Numbered from the stretch's first letter, positions 1 through 11,092 are shown. The stretch: 61,125 bases of DNA from an uncultured Nitrospiraceae bacterium (GCA_963705105.1 CAVPIW010000013.1:1-61125); one strand, 5' to 3'. Notes: generated by a model from the sequence alone, not told the origin. Translations and numbers: made by a program.

Positions 1-53
1 GTCTCTCGCCGGCACACAGGATCTTGTGTTGGCGCTGTCCCTGTTTTTACCTG

Positions 54-82
54 TTGACATTGAGTAGCTTTAAAGCTACAAT
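54..82 (+). promoter_or_regulatory. sigma70-like promoter with overlapping palindromic operator of the TA operon
   Basis: TTGACA (54-59), 17-bp spacer, TACAAT (77-82); perfect 16-bp palindrome GTAGCTTTAAAGCTAC (64-79) overlaps the spacer and -10, as in TA autorepression. Confidence 0.75.
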
Positions 83-87
83 AGGAT

Positions 88-642
88 GTGCGCGATTTTC
101 CCTTTGAGTTGAGTATTACGTCACCGCGACGGGCAGGATACCTTTCAAAGAGTGGCTGAAAGGGCTTCAGGATGTATCTGCAAGAGCCAGGATCCGTGTG
201 AGACTCGACCGGGTAAGGCTTGGTAATTTTGGCGATAGTCGTACCGTCGGCCAAGGTGTGCATGAACTGAAAGTGGATTACGGCCCGGGCTATCGGATCT
301 ATATTGGGCGGGAGAGCGCCCATATCATCCTTCTTCTCCCTGGTGGTGACAAGTCAAACTTTCTGTTGCATGGAAAGGGGGGCGAAGCGCCTCAAAGCCT
401 TGCTGAAGGCGACGATACGCATTGTCAGCTTCGTGTTTCAGGAATCCACTCTTTGTGTCATGACCATTGGTTTCTAATTAGTCTTTCGTTTCGATACAGG
501 TGTCGCCGCAGCAAGGTTTTCGGCGCATACACCCCCCCTTTCCGGATGTCCTATTGCAACGATAAGGTCAAGTCAGCAGGAGGACATTGAGGTCGCAAAG
601 GAATACTGGAAGGATCATAAGAGGAGGAAAAGGCATGCCTAA
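88..642 (+). pseudogene. RelE/HigB-type addiction-module killer toxin, interrupted by a MITE and an apparent 1-nt frameshift near 108-110
   Basis: EYYVTATGRIPFKEWLKGL...RLGNFGD...ELKVDYGPGYRIY...LLLPGGDKS; removing the insertion restores SQQEDIEVAKEYWKDHKRR* (stop 640-642). Confidence 0.85.
357..567 (+). mobile_element. ~210-bp non-autonomous hairpin MITE, copy 1
   Basis: Imperfect TIRs (ACTTTCTGTTGCA / TGCAACGATAAGG), TCA target duplication (354-356, 568-570), interrupts toxin gene; homologous copies elsewhere in window. Confidence 0.85.
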
Positions 643-946
643 GACGTCTTCGTATCAAAAGGACTTAATCGAGGCGCTGAAGGACCCCTGTGAGGCAGCG
701 GCCTATCTCAATGCAGCCATCGAGGAAGGAGACCGCTCGGTTTTCCTGCTGGCTTTACGCAATGTGGCAGAGGCGCGTGGCGGGATGGCTGTTCTCGCGG
801 AAAAGACAAATTTAAGCCGTGAAAGTCTTTACAGGATGCTTTCAAAAAAAGGCAATCCCGAGATCAAGAGCCTTTACATGGTTCTTCATGCCATGGGGTT
901 GCGGCTTGCCATAGAGGCTGAGCCTCATACCTGTGAAGCAGCCTGA
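635..946 (+). CDS. addiction-module antidote protein (HTH antitoxin, HI1420-like)
   Basis: AAAYLNAAIEEGD...LALRNVAEARGGMAVLAEKTNLSRESLYRMLSKKGNP; ATG 635 overlaps toxin end. Confidence 0.9.
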   Translation: MPKTSSYQKDLIEALKDPCEAAAYLNAAIEEGDRSVFLLALRNVAEARGGMAVLAEKTNLSRESLYRMLSKKGNPEIKSLYMVLHAMGLRLAIEAEPHTCEAA

Positions 947-1170
947 CGTGACGGCAATAGAGTTCCCCGGGATATTCAATTCGCAACGGTCTTCTCATGG
1001 GGACCCTGTACCATCGATTGACGGTGTTTCAAGTTACGAGACACCTTTCCCTTCCTATTCGGTGTTTCTTCTCGGTCCTCTCCGCCATTCCGACGGAGTG
1101 GATCGTCTCGATAAATGGGCGCTCTCCCCATTTATGACTAAACTCCCCGTCTGTGGTAAACTGAAAACTA

Positions 1171-4100
1171 ATGACAAATGAGCCAAATACGAGACCAGGC
1201 TCCTCTGACCTGACGTTTATTACGAACGAAGCGGGGCAGTCTTTGAGTGATCGTTTTGCGACTCTCCTCCACAAAGACACGCGCTTTTTCGACTGTCTGG
1301 TCGGTTACTTCTTCATCAGCGGCTTCTACAGAATCTATCCCGCCCTGGAGAACGTAGAGAAGATTCGTATCCTCATAGGACTTCAGACTGACCGCGCCAC
1401 ATACGATCTGCTTCAGCGTGCGAAGGAGCAGGGGGAACTCGACCTGCAATCGCACGCGACCTCCAAGGAACAGGTCGCCAAGGACGTGCTCAACGAATTG
1501 GAGAAATCTGCCGACAGTGCCGAAATCGAAACGGGAGTTCACAAGTTTGTTGAGTGGATTCGATCAGGCAAGTTGGAAATCAAAGCCCACCCCAGCGAGA
1601 ACCTTCATGCGAAGGTCTACATAATGACCTTTAAGGAAGGAGACCGGGACAAAGGCAGGGTCATCACCGGTTCTAGCAACCTAACCCAAGCGGGTTTGCA
1701 GGACAATCTTGAGTTCAACGTCGAGCTCAAGAACCGAGCCGACTACGACTTTGCATCGGCGAAATTTAACGAGCTTTGGGCAACTGCCGTTGACGTGTCG
1801 CAGCCATACGAAGACACGATTGTCAACAAGTCACCTTTCGCAAGCTTCACGCCTTATGAGCTCTATCTGAAATTCCTTTACGAGTACTTCAGGACAGAAC
1901 TCAACCGCCCCTCCGAACTTGAGGACATGTATGTCCCGGTGGGATTCAAAAAGCTCAGGTTTCAGGAAGAGGCCGTCCTGAACGCGCGGAAAGTGCTGGA
2001 TGAATATGGCGGCGTGTTTCTCTCCGATGTTGTCGGGCTCGGCAAAACATACATGGCCGCACTGCTGGCCCAACAGCTCGACGGACGTCACCTTGTCATA
2101 GCGCCCCCGCATTTGCTTGACCGTGAGAAACGTGGCTCGTGGCCCAATGTTTTCAGTGACTTCCAAGTCCGCCAGACGGATTTCGAGTCCATCGGCAAGC
2201 TGGATGATCTGCTCGGACGGGACATCACGAAGTACAGCAACGTCTTCATTGATGAATCACACCGGTTCCGCACGGAGATGACCCAGAGCTATCAAGCGCT
2301 CGCCCAAATCTGTCGGGGTAAGCGAGTGATTCTTGTCTCCGCCACGCCGTTGAACAACACGCCGCGCGATATTCTGAGTCAGATCAAACTATTTCAAGCG
2401 GGGAAGGCCAGCAACATCCCGAACCTTCGCAACCTTGACGCCTTCTTCATGGGTATGGAGGCTAAGTTAAAGGGTCTGGATCGTCAGGCTGACCGCGAAA
2501 TGTACTTCCGATCGGTGCAGGCAAACGCCAAAGAGACCCGCGAGAAGGTTCTCAAATTCCTCATGGTACGGCGCACGAGGACCGAGATTGAAAGATACTA
2601 TGGCGAGGACATGAAGCAACAGGGGCTGAGGTTTCCTGAGGTTGAGGACCCAGTGCCGCTGTTCTATAAGTTGAGCAAGCGGGAGAACGAAATCTTCAAC
2701 GAAACGCTGATGCTCCTTACCTCAGACTTCACCTATGCCCGATACACGCCTTTGCTTTACTATGAAGGCAAAATGGACGAGCGCGAGAGGCAGGGCCAGC
2801 GGAACCTCGCCAAATTCATGAAAATCCTCATGGTCAAGCGGCTGGAAAGCAGTTTCCACGCTTTCCGGCTGACCCTGGATCGTTTCATAAACTCCTACGC
2901 CCGTGTCATTGCCGAGTTCAAGAAGGGGAATGTCTACATCAGCAAGAAGCACATCGGCAAAATCTTCAGTCTTCTCGAAGAAGATGACCAAGAAGGTATC
3001 GAAAAACTCTTGGCGGAGGACAAAGCGGAGCGACTGAGCGCGGATGACTTCTCCGATGACTTTATTGTTCACCTGAACGCAGACTACCACACCCTGCGTC
3101 GCATCAGGAAGATGTGGGACAACATTCAGCGCGATCCAAAGTGGCTTGCCTTTCGGGATATTCTACGCACAGATCAGCATCTAAAGAATAGCAAACTCAT
3201 CATCTTCACTGAGTCGCAGGAAACCGCCAAATATCTCTCTGGGCACATTCGCGAAGAAGTGGATTCGAGAACCCTTTTGTTCTCGGGGAAGTCGAGCGAG
3301 GCAGAGCACAGAAACGTAATCGCAAACTTCGACGCTAACGCCTTCAAGCCGTCCGATGAGTATCGGATATTGGTCAGCACAGAAGTCCTTTCCGAAGGCG
3401 TGAACCTTCATCGATCAAACGTGGTCATCAACTACGATATTCCCTGGAATCCAACCCGCCTGATTCAGCGCGTCGGACGTGTAAACCGCGTGGACACGAA
3501 GTTCGACGTCATCCACACATACAACTTCTTTCCCTCGGAAGAAGGCAATGACGCCATCAAGCTACGCGAGGCGGCTGAAGCCAAGATACACGCATTCATT
3601 GAGATGCTTGGCTCGGATGCCCGGTTGCTGACCGAGGGGGAGGAAGTGAAGTCGTTCGACCTCTTTGCCAAGCTCACGAGCAAGAAGACTATCACAGGCG
3701 AGGATGAAGAGGAGGAAAGCGAACTCGAGTATTTGACCGAAATCAGGAACATCCGCGACAAAGAACCCGACCTCTTCGCCCGCATCAAACGACTGCCGAA
3801 GAAGGCGCGATCAACGCGCACGTTGCCCGCCACCAAAGACGCCATTGTGCGGCAGTTCCCGGCTTTGGTGACCTACTTCCGCCTAGGCCGGTTGGACAAG
3901 TTCTACCTCGCGGTCAAAGGCGCGGCCGATCCGGCTGAACTGGACTTCCTCACCACCGTCAAAGTCTTGAGGCCGTCTGACTCCGCCGAGAAGCGCCAGT
4001 CCATTCCGCCGGACTTCTACACCCTTCTTGACCGCAACAAGGACGCCTTCGCAAAGACCACCAGCCCTGAGATTGACGACGCGATCCCGCACCACAAGGG

Positions 4101-4533
4101 AGGGGCCAACGATGCCTATATTCTCAAGCGCCTCAAGGCGAAGGAAATCAGGCGCTATCAGGGTTTCACGGAGGATGATGAGGAGTACATTCGAAATGCA
4201 ATCCAGCTTCTAATGGATGGCTCCCTTCCCAAGCCCACGATGAAGAAGGTTGCCGAGGCATTGAAGAAGGAAATCGAACCGTTGAGAGTCCTAGGAATCC
4301 TGAGACGGGATATTTCGCCTTTATTCTTCCAGTCCACCCGCGCTCAGATGACTCACTACGCGCAGAGTCCACGGGAGGTCATTCTCTCGTCATGGGTTCT
4401 ACCCAGCAACGGGCACGACAGAAATGACGAGATAAAGGATTGGTCGCTTTTTTCACTGCAGGCCGCATTCCGTGGTATGGAGGACGAAGACTTCTCCGCA
4501 TATGACAACATCCCGGTGAAGGAGCGCTATTGA
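1171..4533 (+). CDS. PLD-nuclease-domain SNF2-like helicase associated with type IIG R-M
   Basis: HAKVYI...GSSNLT (PLD), DVVGLGKT (Walker A), IDESH (DExH), SATP, LSEGVNL, QRVGRVNR. Confidence 0.9.
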   Translation: MTNEPNTRPGSSDLTFITNEAGQSLSDRFATLLHKDTRFFDCLVGYFFISGFYRIYPALENVEKIRILIGLQTDRATYDLLQRAKEQGELDLQSHATSKEQVAKDVLNELEKSADSAEIETGVHKFVEWIRSGKLEIKAHPSENLHAKVYIMTFKEGDRDKGRVITGSSNLTQAGLQDNLEFNVELKNRADYDFASAKFNELWATAVDVSQPYEDTIVNKSPFASFTPYELYLKFLYEYFRTELNRPSELEDMYVPVGFKKLRFQEEAVLNARKVLDEYGGVFLSDVVGLGKTYMAALLAQQLDGRHLVIAPPHLLDREKRGSWPNVFSDFQVRQTDFESIGKLDDLLGRDITKYSNVFIDESHRFRTEMTQSYQALAQICRGKRVILVSATPLNNTPRDILSQIKLFQAGKASNIPNLRNLDAFFMGMEAKLKGLDRQADREMYFRSVQANAKETREKVLKFLMVRRTRTEIERYYGEDMKQQGLRFPEVEDPVPLFYKLSKRENEIFNETLMLLTSDFTYARYTPLLYYEGKMDERERQGQRNLAKFMKILMVKRLESSFHAFRLTLDRFINSYARVIAEFKKGNVYISKKHIGKIFSLLEEDDQEGIEKLLAEDKAERLSADDFSDDFIVHLNADYHTLRRIRKMWDNIQRDPKWLAFRDILRTDQHLKNSKLIIFTESQETAKYLSGHIREEVDSRTLLFSGKSSEAEHRNVIANFDANAFKPSDEYRILVSTEVLSEGVNLHRSNVVINYDIPWNPTRLIQRVGRVNRVDTKFDVIHTYNFFPSEEGNDAIKLREAAEAKIHAFIEMLGSDARLLTEGEEVKSFDLFAKLTSKKTITGEDEEEESELEYLTEIRNIRDKEPDLFARIKRLPKKARSTRTLPATKDAIVRQFPALVTYFRLGRLDKFYLAVKGAADPAELDFLTTVKVLRPSDSAEKRQSIPPDFYTLLDRNKDAFAKTTSPEIDDAIPHHKGGANDAYILKRLKAKEIRRYQGFTEDDEEYIRNAIQLLMDGSLPKPTMKKVAEALKKEIEPLRVLGILRRDISPLFFQSTRAQMTHYAQSPREVILSSWVLPSNGHDRNDEIKDWSLFSLQAAFRGMEDEDFSAYDNIPVKERY

Positions 4534-4880
4534 TGCCGAAGCCGGGACACATAGCGTATGTTCAGTTGCCCAACACCAACCTTACCCAGGGCAAGAAACG
4601 CCCCGTTCTTGTTCTCGGCAAGTGTCCCGGCAAGTTCGATGACTGGCTGATTTGTGCCGTGTCCTCTCGCCAACACCAAGCGACTGAAGGGTTTGACGAA
4701 TTGGTCAACGCCAGCGATGCGGACTACGTACAAACCGGCCTTGCCGCACCGAGCGTAATTCGGATTTGTCGTCTGGCTGTCGTTGAAAGCTCTTTGTTGA
4801 TCGGAGCGATTGGTTCCGTAGACGCAGCAAGACTCGCCCGAGTCTTGGGTAATCTCAAGAAATGGACTGCGAATCTATAG
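4530..4880 (+). CDS. PemK/MazF-family toxin
   Basis: PGHIAYVQLPNTNLTQGKKRPVLVL...TGLAAPSVIRICRL, a PemK-like pattern. Confidence 0.85.
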   Translation: MMPKPGHIAYVQLPNTNLTQGKKRPVLVLGKCPGKFDDWLICAVSSRQHQATEGFDELVNASDADYVQTGLAAPSVIRICRLAVVESSLLIGAIGSVDAARLARVLGNLKKWTANL

Positions 4881-4887
4881 TGCAACC

Positions 4888-7800
4888 ATGAACAAGAAGC
4901 AGGCATCCGACCTCATCCAGAACACCTTCCCAGAAGCCTTCGACAGGTTCCGGTTCCGTAACTTCATGATCAATGTCCTTAATCACATAGATGAATCCAA
5001 GGCACAGCAATGGTCCACACAGTATGTCAAGGATGCCTTCAAGTCCCACGTCCGCCGATACGAGCGCCTTGGCACGTACACCAGCCCGATGAAAGAAAGA
5101 GTGGACGTGCTGATCGTATATCTGACTGCCGAATCGAAGCTCGAACGAGCCCGAACCGCCATACGTAACTTCGTGGCTGACCACCTTAAGAAGCGCGACG
5201 AGAAGGATGCCGCGCTGGTCGCTTTCGTATCCTCGACGGAGAAGCAGTGGCGCTTCTCCTACGTGAAGATGGAGTATGCCACGATCGAGAAAGACTCGGG
5301 CAAGGTTGGTGTCGAGACACGCCTCACTCCCGCCCGCCGTTTTTCTTACCTCGTCGGTGAGGGTGAAAGCTGTCATACTGCCCAGACGCGATTTCTCGGC
5401 CTTCTTCAGGATACGAGCACCGACCCCTCGCTCGGACAGATTGAGGATGCCTTCAGCGTCGATGCCGTTACCAAAGAGTTCTTCTCCCAATACGCCCAAC
5501 TGTTCGGGGATATAAAGGCCGCATTGGAGAAGCTTCTTGCAAGGGATCAGGCGGTTCGAGGCGAGTTCAAGGCCAAGGATGTTAACACCGTGGATTTTGC
5601 CAAAAAGCTCATGGGGCAGATCGTTTTCCTATATTTCCTTCAGAAAAAAGGCTGGCTCGGCGTCGAGAAGGACAAAGACTGGGGCACTGGCCCACGCGAC
5701 TTCCTCCGGCGAATGGCGAATGGTGAATACGGGAAGTACGAGAACTTCTTCAACGATGTTTTGGAACCACTGTTCTACGATACCCTTGCGACCGACCGGG
5801 GGCACGAAGCATGGTGCACCCGATTCAGGTGTCGCATTCCCTTCTTGAATGGCGGACTTTTTGAGCCGCTATGCGACTACGACTGGCGAAAGACGGACAT
5901 CATTCTGCCCAACAAGCTTTTCACCAATTCCGATTACGTCGAGGAGGGCATAACCGGAACAGGTGTGCTTGATGTGTTCGACCGTTACAACTTCACCGTC
6001 AATGAAGCCGAGCCGTTGGAAAAGGAAGTTGCCATTGACCCGGAAATGCTCGGCAAGGTATTCGAGAACCTGATTGAGGAGAATCTTCGCAAGGGTCTCG
6101 GATCGTACTATACCCCGCGCGAGATCGTCCACTACATGTGCCAGGAAAGCCTCATCAACTATCTGGATACAGCGGTCAACACAGCGAATGATATCGTGCC
6201 GCGTGTCGATGTCGAAACCTTCGTACGCTTGGGCGAGCAGATTTCACATTACGAAGCCGTTGAAGCACAGTACGCGATCAAGATGCCTAAGAGTATCGAA
6301 AAGCACGCTAAGGCCCTTGACGATGCGCTCAAGAGCATCACAGTCTGCGACCCAGCAGTCGGTTCCGGCGCATTTCCGGTAGGCATGATGACAGAGATCG
6401 TCCGTGCGCGTACGTCGCTCACGCCATACTTCAACGATGTTGCTGAACGGACGGCATATTGTTTTAAACGCCATGCCATTCAGAACTGCCTTTACGGTGT
6501 AGACATAGACCCCGGGGCGGTTGAGATTGCCAAGCTGCGTCTTTGGCTTTCTATAGTCGTAGATGAGGAGGACCTGAAACAGGTGAAGCCCCTACCCAAC
6601 CTCGACTACAAAGTCGTGGTGGGGGATTCGCTGATAGGCTTTCCGTTCAAGTCAGAGCGAATTCACAAAATCGAATCGCTCAAGCTCCAGTTCTTTGACG
6701 AAACGGATTCCAAGAAGAAACACGATTTGAAGAATGCCATCGATGGAGAGATGGCCGCAGCATTCGCGAACTCAACACGAAGCCTCGGTTGCGAGGTTAC
6801 GTTTGACTTCGAGATTTGCTTCTCTGAGGTATTTCAAACCAACAAGGGATTTGACGTTCTTATTGCCAATCCGCCTTACATTCAACTATCAAAGACGAAA
6901 GACGTTCCTGATTGGTATAAGCGTTATCTCAAGAATCGCTTTGGGACATCGGGTGGTCGCCTCAACACCTTCATCTTCTTCATTCATTTGGGCCTGGCGT
7001 TACTAAAAAAGGGCGGCAATTTGGCATTTATCGTTCCGAACACTATACTGACACAAGAATATTACAGTGCGACACGACAATTACTTCTTCAGCACAACCA
7101 TCTGAAGACAATAGTCCAATATGCGCAGCTACCTTTTGAGAACGCTGTGGTGGAAAATGTCACATTGATCGTTGGAAAGGAGCACCTTGATCAATATCCT
7201 GTGCAGATCTACGTGGATGACTTCTCTGCAATGGACCTTACTGGGAAGAAAGACAACACTTCATTCCTCGCTAATTCAGGTTTTTCTATCTCCGTTAATA
7301 CAGATGGTATCATCGATAAAGTGTTCTCGCGTCACAAACGTACACTCGGCCAGTTGTGTGACATTAACCAGGCAATAGCTCTCAAAGGCGACCGAAGTTT
7401 GTCTCTCAGGAGTTCAAATCCAGATGGTCGCTTCTACAAGGTGCTTGATGGTCGGCACATCAATAGATACTTCATCCAATGGGGTGGCGACTATCTGGAG
7501 TACAGGCTGAGCAGAATACACTCCTGCAAGAGGAAGGATATCTTTGAATCCCGTGAGAAGTTGTTCTTCAGGAGGGTGTCTTCAAGCCTCATTTTCGCGT
7601 ATGATGATGCACAATACTTTGCGTTGAACACATTGGTTGTTGTCAATCTCAAGCCGGACACGCAGTTGAACCTTAAATGTCTTCTCGCCATCCTGAATTC
7701 GAGGCTCATGGATTACGTTTACAAGAGGAAATTCAAGTCCACCAAGACAGTGTTTTCAGAGATTCAAGCTCGGACAGTGGCGCAACTTCCTATTGGTACA

Positions 7801-7974
7801 ATCGATGCTCCACTCGAAGAACGGCTGATTGCTCTTGTCAACCAGATTCTAGTCGCTAAGCGTCGCAATACCGCGGCAGACACCACTGCTCAGGAGCGGG
7901 AGATCGACCACCTCGTTTATGCCCTATACGGCATGACTCCCGCAGAGATCAAGATGATAGAGGCCGGAGTGTGA
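4888..7974 (+). CDS. type IIG (Eco57I-like) restriction-modification enzyme, N6-adenine methyltransferase with TaqI-like C-terminus
   Basis: GSYYTP, DPAVGSGAF (motif I), NPPY (motif IV), LNSRLMDYVY, EIDHLVYALYG. Confidence 0.92.
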   Translation: MNKKQASDLIQNTFPEAFDRFRFRNFMINVLNHIDESKAQQWSTQYVKDAFKSHVRRYERLGTYTSPMKERVDVLIVYLTAESKLERARTAIRNFVADHLKKRDEKDAALVAFVSSTEKQWRFSYVKMEYATIEKDSGKVGVETRLTPARRFSYLVGEGESCHTAQTRFLGLLQDTSTDPSLGQIEDAFSVDAVTKEFFSQYAQLFGDIKAALEKLLARDQAVRGEFKAKDVNTVDFAKKLMGQIVFLYFLQKKGWLGVEKDKDWGTGPRDFLRRMANGEYGKYENFFNDVLEPLFYDTLATDRGHEAWCTRFRCRIPFLNGGLFEPLCDYDWRKTDIILPNKLFTNSDYVEEGITGTGVLDVFDRYNFTVNEAEPLEKEVAIDPEMLGKVFENLIEENLRKGLGSYYTPREIVHYMCQESLINYLDTAVNTANDIVPRVDVETFVRLGEQISHYEAVEAQYAIKMPKSIEKHAKALDDALKSITVCDPAVGSGAFPVGMMTEIVRARTSLTPYFNDVAERTAYCFKRHAIQNCLYGVDIDPGAVEIAKLRLWLSIVVDEEDLKQVKPLPNLDYKVVVGDSLIGFPFKSERIHKIESLKLQFFDETDSKKKHDLKNAIDGEMAAAFANSTRSLGCEVTFDFEICFSEVFQTNKGFDVLIANPPYIQLSKTKDVPDWYKRYLKNRFGTSGGRLNTFIFFIHLGLALLKKGGNLAFIVPNTILTQEYYSATRQLLLQHNHLKTIVQYAQLPFENAVVENVTLIVGKEHLDQYPVQIYVDDFSAMDLTGKKDNTSFLANSGFSISVNTDGIIDKVFSRHKRTLGQLCDINQAIALKGDRSLSLRSSNPDGRFYKVLDGRHINRYFIQWGGDYLEYRLSRIHSCKRKDIFESREKLFFRRVSSSLIFAYDDAQYFALNTLVVVNLKPDTQLNLKCLLAILNSRLMDYVYKRKFKSTKTVFSEIQARTVAQLPIGTIDAPLEERLIALVNQILVAKRRNTAADTTAQEREIDHLVYALYGMTPAEIKMIEAGV

Positions 7975-8220
7975 CAGGCGAACGCATGATCATTGATGAT
8001 CGGTGGGGGCAGCGCCCATCTATAAGAGGAAAATATAAGGGGGAAAGGTGCCTCTTAATGGGTGACACCTTTTGTCGCTACATTCCCGAATGTAGAAGCG
8101 GTGAATAACGCCCTTCTTTCGCTCATCGATATCGCAAAGAGGACAACACGCCCAAGGCGTTCCACCGGATCGACCCCAAAGGGGGCCTCCCGGTGAACTC
8201 GTCGGCATTCTTCGCCAGAC

Positions 8221-8312
8221 CTGACATATCTCCTTGAAAGGGCCGCCCTGCAAGAGTTCTTCTGGAAAGTGTGAGGAAAGATGACCCACGGTTTTGCGAT
8301 TTCGTGGCTGAA
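8221..8312 (+). repeat. diverged ~90-bp direct repeat, second copy at ~13667-13755
   Basis: Shared core CTGACATATC...CCCTGCAAGAGTTCTTCTGGAAAGT...GGCTGAA at both sites. Confidence 0.7.
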
Positions 8313-8494
8313 ACAAGCTAATAGAATAAATCCCTCGATCCGCTGCTGGGCTAATCTTGCTATGGGAAGACGTCTTTCGAGAGTGGTCCGCACTACTGAC
8401 AGGCGCTGGATCATGCAAAGTGCCATATGAATGAGCGCAGAAGAATAGGATAATCCTGAAATACTAGGGAGTTCGTAAGTAAGGTATCACCAGG

Positions 8495-8569
8495 TGTCAT
8501 TCCCGCAAGCGGAGCGCGTCGGGAATCCTTCGGGAAACAAAGAGAGATTCCGGATAAGCCGGAATGACA
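8495..8569. repeat. REP-like palindromic element (GTCATTCCCG...GGAATGAC class)
   Basis: TGTCATTCC...GGAATGACA termini with internal hairpins; relatives at 36864-36921 and 43077-43181. Confidence 0.7.
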
Positions 8570-8748
8570 AAACGAGGCAATGATGGTGTTTTCTTTCGTT
8601 CTTATTAGTAACTAATTCCTGTTATTATGCAGCGACGGCATAACAGACCATATTTGGTAGTATGAAACGGTTGCTGCAGCCCCAAAACGCCGCCAAAGCC
8701 TGCCTTTTTTCCCTGTTGCCTCAAAACTAAATCGCGATGAAATGATAC

Positions 8749-8777
8749 TTGACTCACCCTCTTTTTTTCGATATGAT
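8749..8777 (+). promoter_or_regulatory. sigma70-like promoter for the DGQHR operon
   Basis: TTGACT-17 bp-TATGAT about 80 bp upstream of the ORF. Confidence 0.6.
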
Positions 8778-9917
8778 GTGAAAAAAGCAGTCGGCAGTTA
8801 AAGAATAATGTTCGACATGTGTAATCGTGTCAGTTCTTGAATCAGTCAATGTTCCATGGAGATTTACATGCCAATAATCAAGAAGATCCTGAGAAATGTT
8901 GAGACGGAACAAGAGAATGTCGTCCGTACAAGACCGCCTTCCTATCCTGCACTTCTGTTGTCACAGAACCAGCACCGATTCTATTTTTTCACGATTCCGG
9001 TCGACGACCTTTTTGCTTATTGTTTTGTCGCTCGAAGAGGTGAAGATCCAATCAGCGGGTTTCAGCGATCTCTCAATGAGGATCGGGCAGACGATATCGC
9101 TTCGTACCTGAGTGCTGGGACGGGTTCAATTCCCTCAAATATCGTCTTGTCCGCTCAGCAGAAATCTCACTTTAAGTACTCCAATAGAACAAAGACAGTG
9201 TCGTTTGATCGGGTGACCGAAGCTTTCCTGGTGCTTGATGGACAACACAGACTTTGGGGGTACCAAAAATGCAAGATTCGTCATCGGGTCCCCGTGGCCG
9301 TATATCAAAACCTTTCTCGGGCGGAGGAGGCACGATTGTTTGTTGACATCAACACTAATCAAAAAGGGGTTCCAGCAACCCTCTTATTAGACATCAAGAG
9401 GCTTGCCGAGATAGAGACAGGTCGCGAAAGCATTCTTCGGGAATTGTTTGATCGACTATCCAAGGACAGTCGATCACCTATTGCCGGAAAACTCAGCTCA
9501 GCCACTTCCGTTCCAGGGAAGATCTCCAGGGTTAGTTTCAATCGTGCCCTTTCCCCACTCTTGGAACAAAGCGCAGTTTTGGATGAACTATCAGAGGCAG
9601 ATCAGTTTAAACTTGTCAGAAACTATCTTGCCGCTTGGGAGATTGAGCTGAACGATAAGCAGTTACTCACTCGGGCGGCTATTTTTGAAGCAATCTTCGA
9701 AGTTATGGAAGATATCGTTAAATTGTCGCTCGCTGCACACGGCAATCTGAAACAGGAATCCATGCAGCAGGAGGTTCGTCCGCTTGCCAGGATCGACTAT
9801 GGCGGCCCGCTTCCGGGAGGTACCAGACTCACGAAGAAGGGTATCGTAACAGCCATGCGAACAATCCTTCGTCGGAACGTGAATGGGGTCGGTTGTCAAT
9901 AGTGGACACCAAACCTC

Positions 9918-10781
9918 TCATGCTGCCTGTGCATTCATATGGTATGCTTTTTCAAAAGCAGCAGGTGAAAGATACCCAAGTCTTGCCTGCCGCCGCTGCC
10001 GATTGTAGAACACCTCGATATACTCGGTGATCTCCCGAATCGCCTCCTGCCTCGTCTTATACCGCCTGTGATGCACAAGTTCACTTTTCAACACTCCCCA
10101 GAAACTCTCCATCGGCGCGTTGTCATAGCAGTTGCCCGTCCCGCTCATTGAGGCATTCATCTTCAAGTGTTTCAGCAGCTTCCTGTAGTCATGCGCACAA
10201 TACTGACTGCCCCGGTCAGAGTGGTGTATCAGCTCTGCAGGAGGACGTTTCGCCCAGATCGCTCGTAACAACGATTCCCTGACAAGGTTCTGTGTTATCC
10301 TCTCCCCCATCGCATACCCCACAATCTCTCCCGCAAAAAGGTCCTTATGCGCTGCAAGATATAGCCACCCTTCCTCCGTCGGGATATACGTGATGTCGCT
10401 GACCCACACGCGGCCCGGTGCCGTCGCCTCAAAGTCTTGCTGTAGCAGATTGTCCGCCACAGGTAACGTATGCCGCGAGTCCGTTGTGACCTTGAACCGC
10501 CGCTTTTGTTTGCACCGTATCCCCAATTTCCTGCGTATCCTCTTGATTCGGCTCACTCCTGCTTTCACCCCGTGGGCTGCCAAATCCTTCTGCAGACGCT
10601 CCGGACCATACGTCCCTCGTGTGCGCTCGTGTGCCGCCTGTATCTCGACCTCCAACCGCGCCTCCTCTTTGGCATGGGCGGACGCGGGCCGACTGACCCA
10701 GGCAAAATAACCGCTCGCCGATACATCAAAAACACGGCTCATAAACGGGATCGGATACTCGAGTCGCAATTCATTCATCAT
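9918..10781 (-). CDS. IS3 transposase OrfB (DDE/rve)
   Basis: WVSDITYI, HHSDRGSQY, DNAPMESF, YNRQR. Confidence 0.95.
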   Translation of the reverse strand: MMNELRLEYPIPFMSRVFDVSASGYFAWVSRPASAHAKEEARLEVEIQAAHERTRGTYGPERLQKDLAAHGVKAGVSRIKRIRRKLGIRCKQKRRFKVTTDSRHTLPVADNLLQQDFEATAPGRVWVSDITYIPTEEGWLYLAAHKDLFAGEIVGYAMGERITQNLVRESLLRAIWAKRPPAELIHHSDRGSQYCAHDYRKLLKHLKMNASMSGTGNCYDNAPMESFWGVLKSELVHHRRYKTRQEAIREITEYIEVFYNRQRRQARLGYLSPAAFEKAYHMNAQAA

Positions 10782-11092
10782 CGCGTACCTGGCTGCGACT
10801 CCCTCGCAAAGTACGCGGCCGCTTTTTTTAACAGGTCCCGCTCCATCCTCGTCTCTATAAGCTCTTTCTTGACTCTTGCCAGTTCCATCTCTATCTCGGT
10901 GAGGGGCCGATAGTTCTTGCCGATGTCCTTGAGTTTGCCGGCCTTATACGCCTTGACCCAGTTGCCCAACGTAGATGGCGGCAACGACAACCGATGGGCC
11001 ACTTCAGGTAATGACATGCCTGTCTCCACAATCATCTTCACTGCTTCCTCTCGAAATTCCTTCGTGTACCGTCCTTGCGGAATCCCTTTCAT
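10778..11092 (-). CDS. IS3 transposase OrfA (HTH)
   Basis: YTKEFREEAV...LKKAAAYFA; A7 slippery run near 3' end fits -1 frameshifting. Confidence 0.95.
   Translation of the reverse strand: MKGIPQGRYTKEFREEAVKMIVETGMSLPEVAHRLSLPPSTLGNWVKAYKAGKLKDIGKNYRPLTEIEMELARVKKELIETRMERDLLKKAAAYFARESQPGTR

Noticed and set aside
8020..8426. ORFs 8020-8418 and 8055-8426 as real genes
   Set aside because: No recognisable motifs or RBS; region appears to be degraded relic sequence
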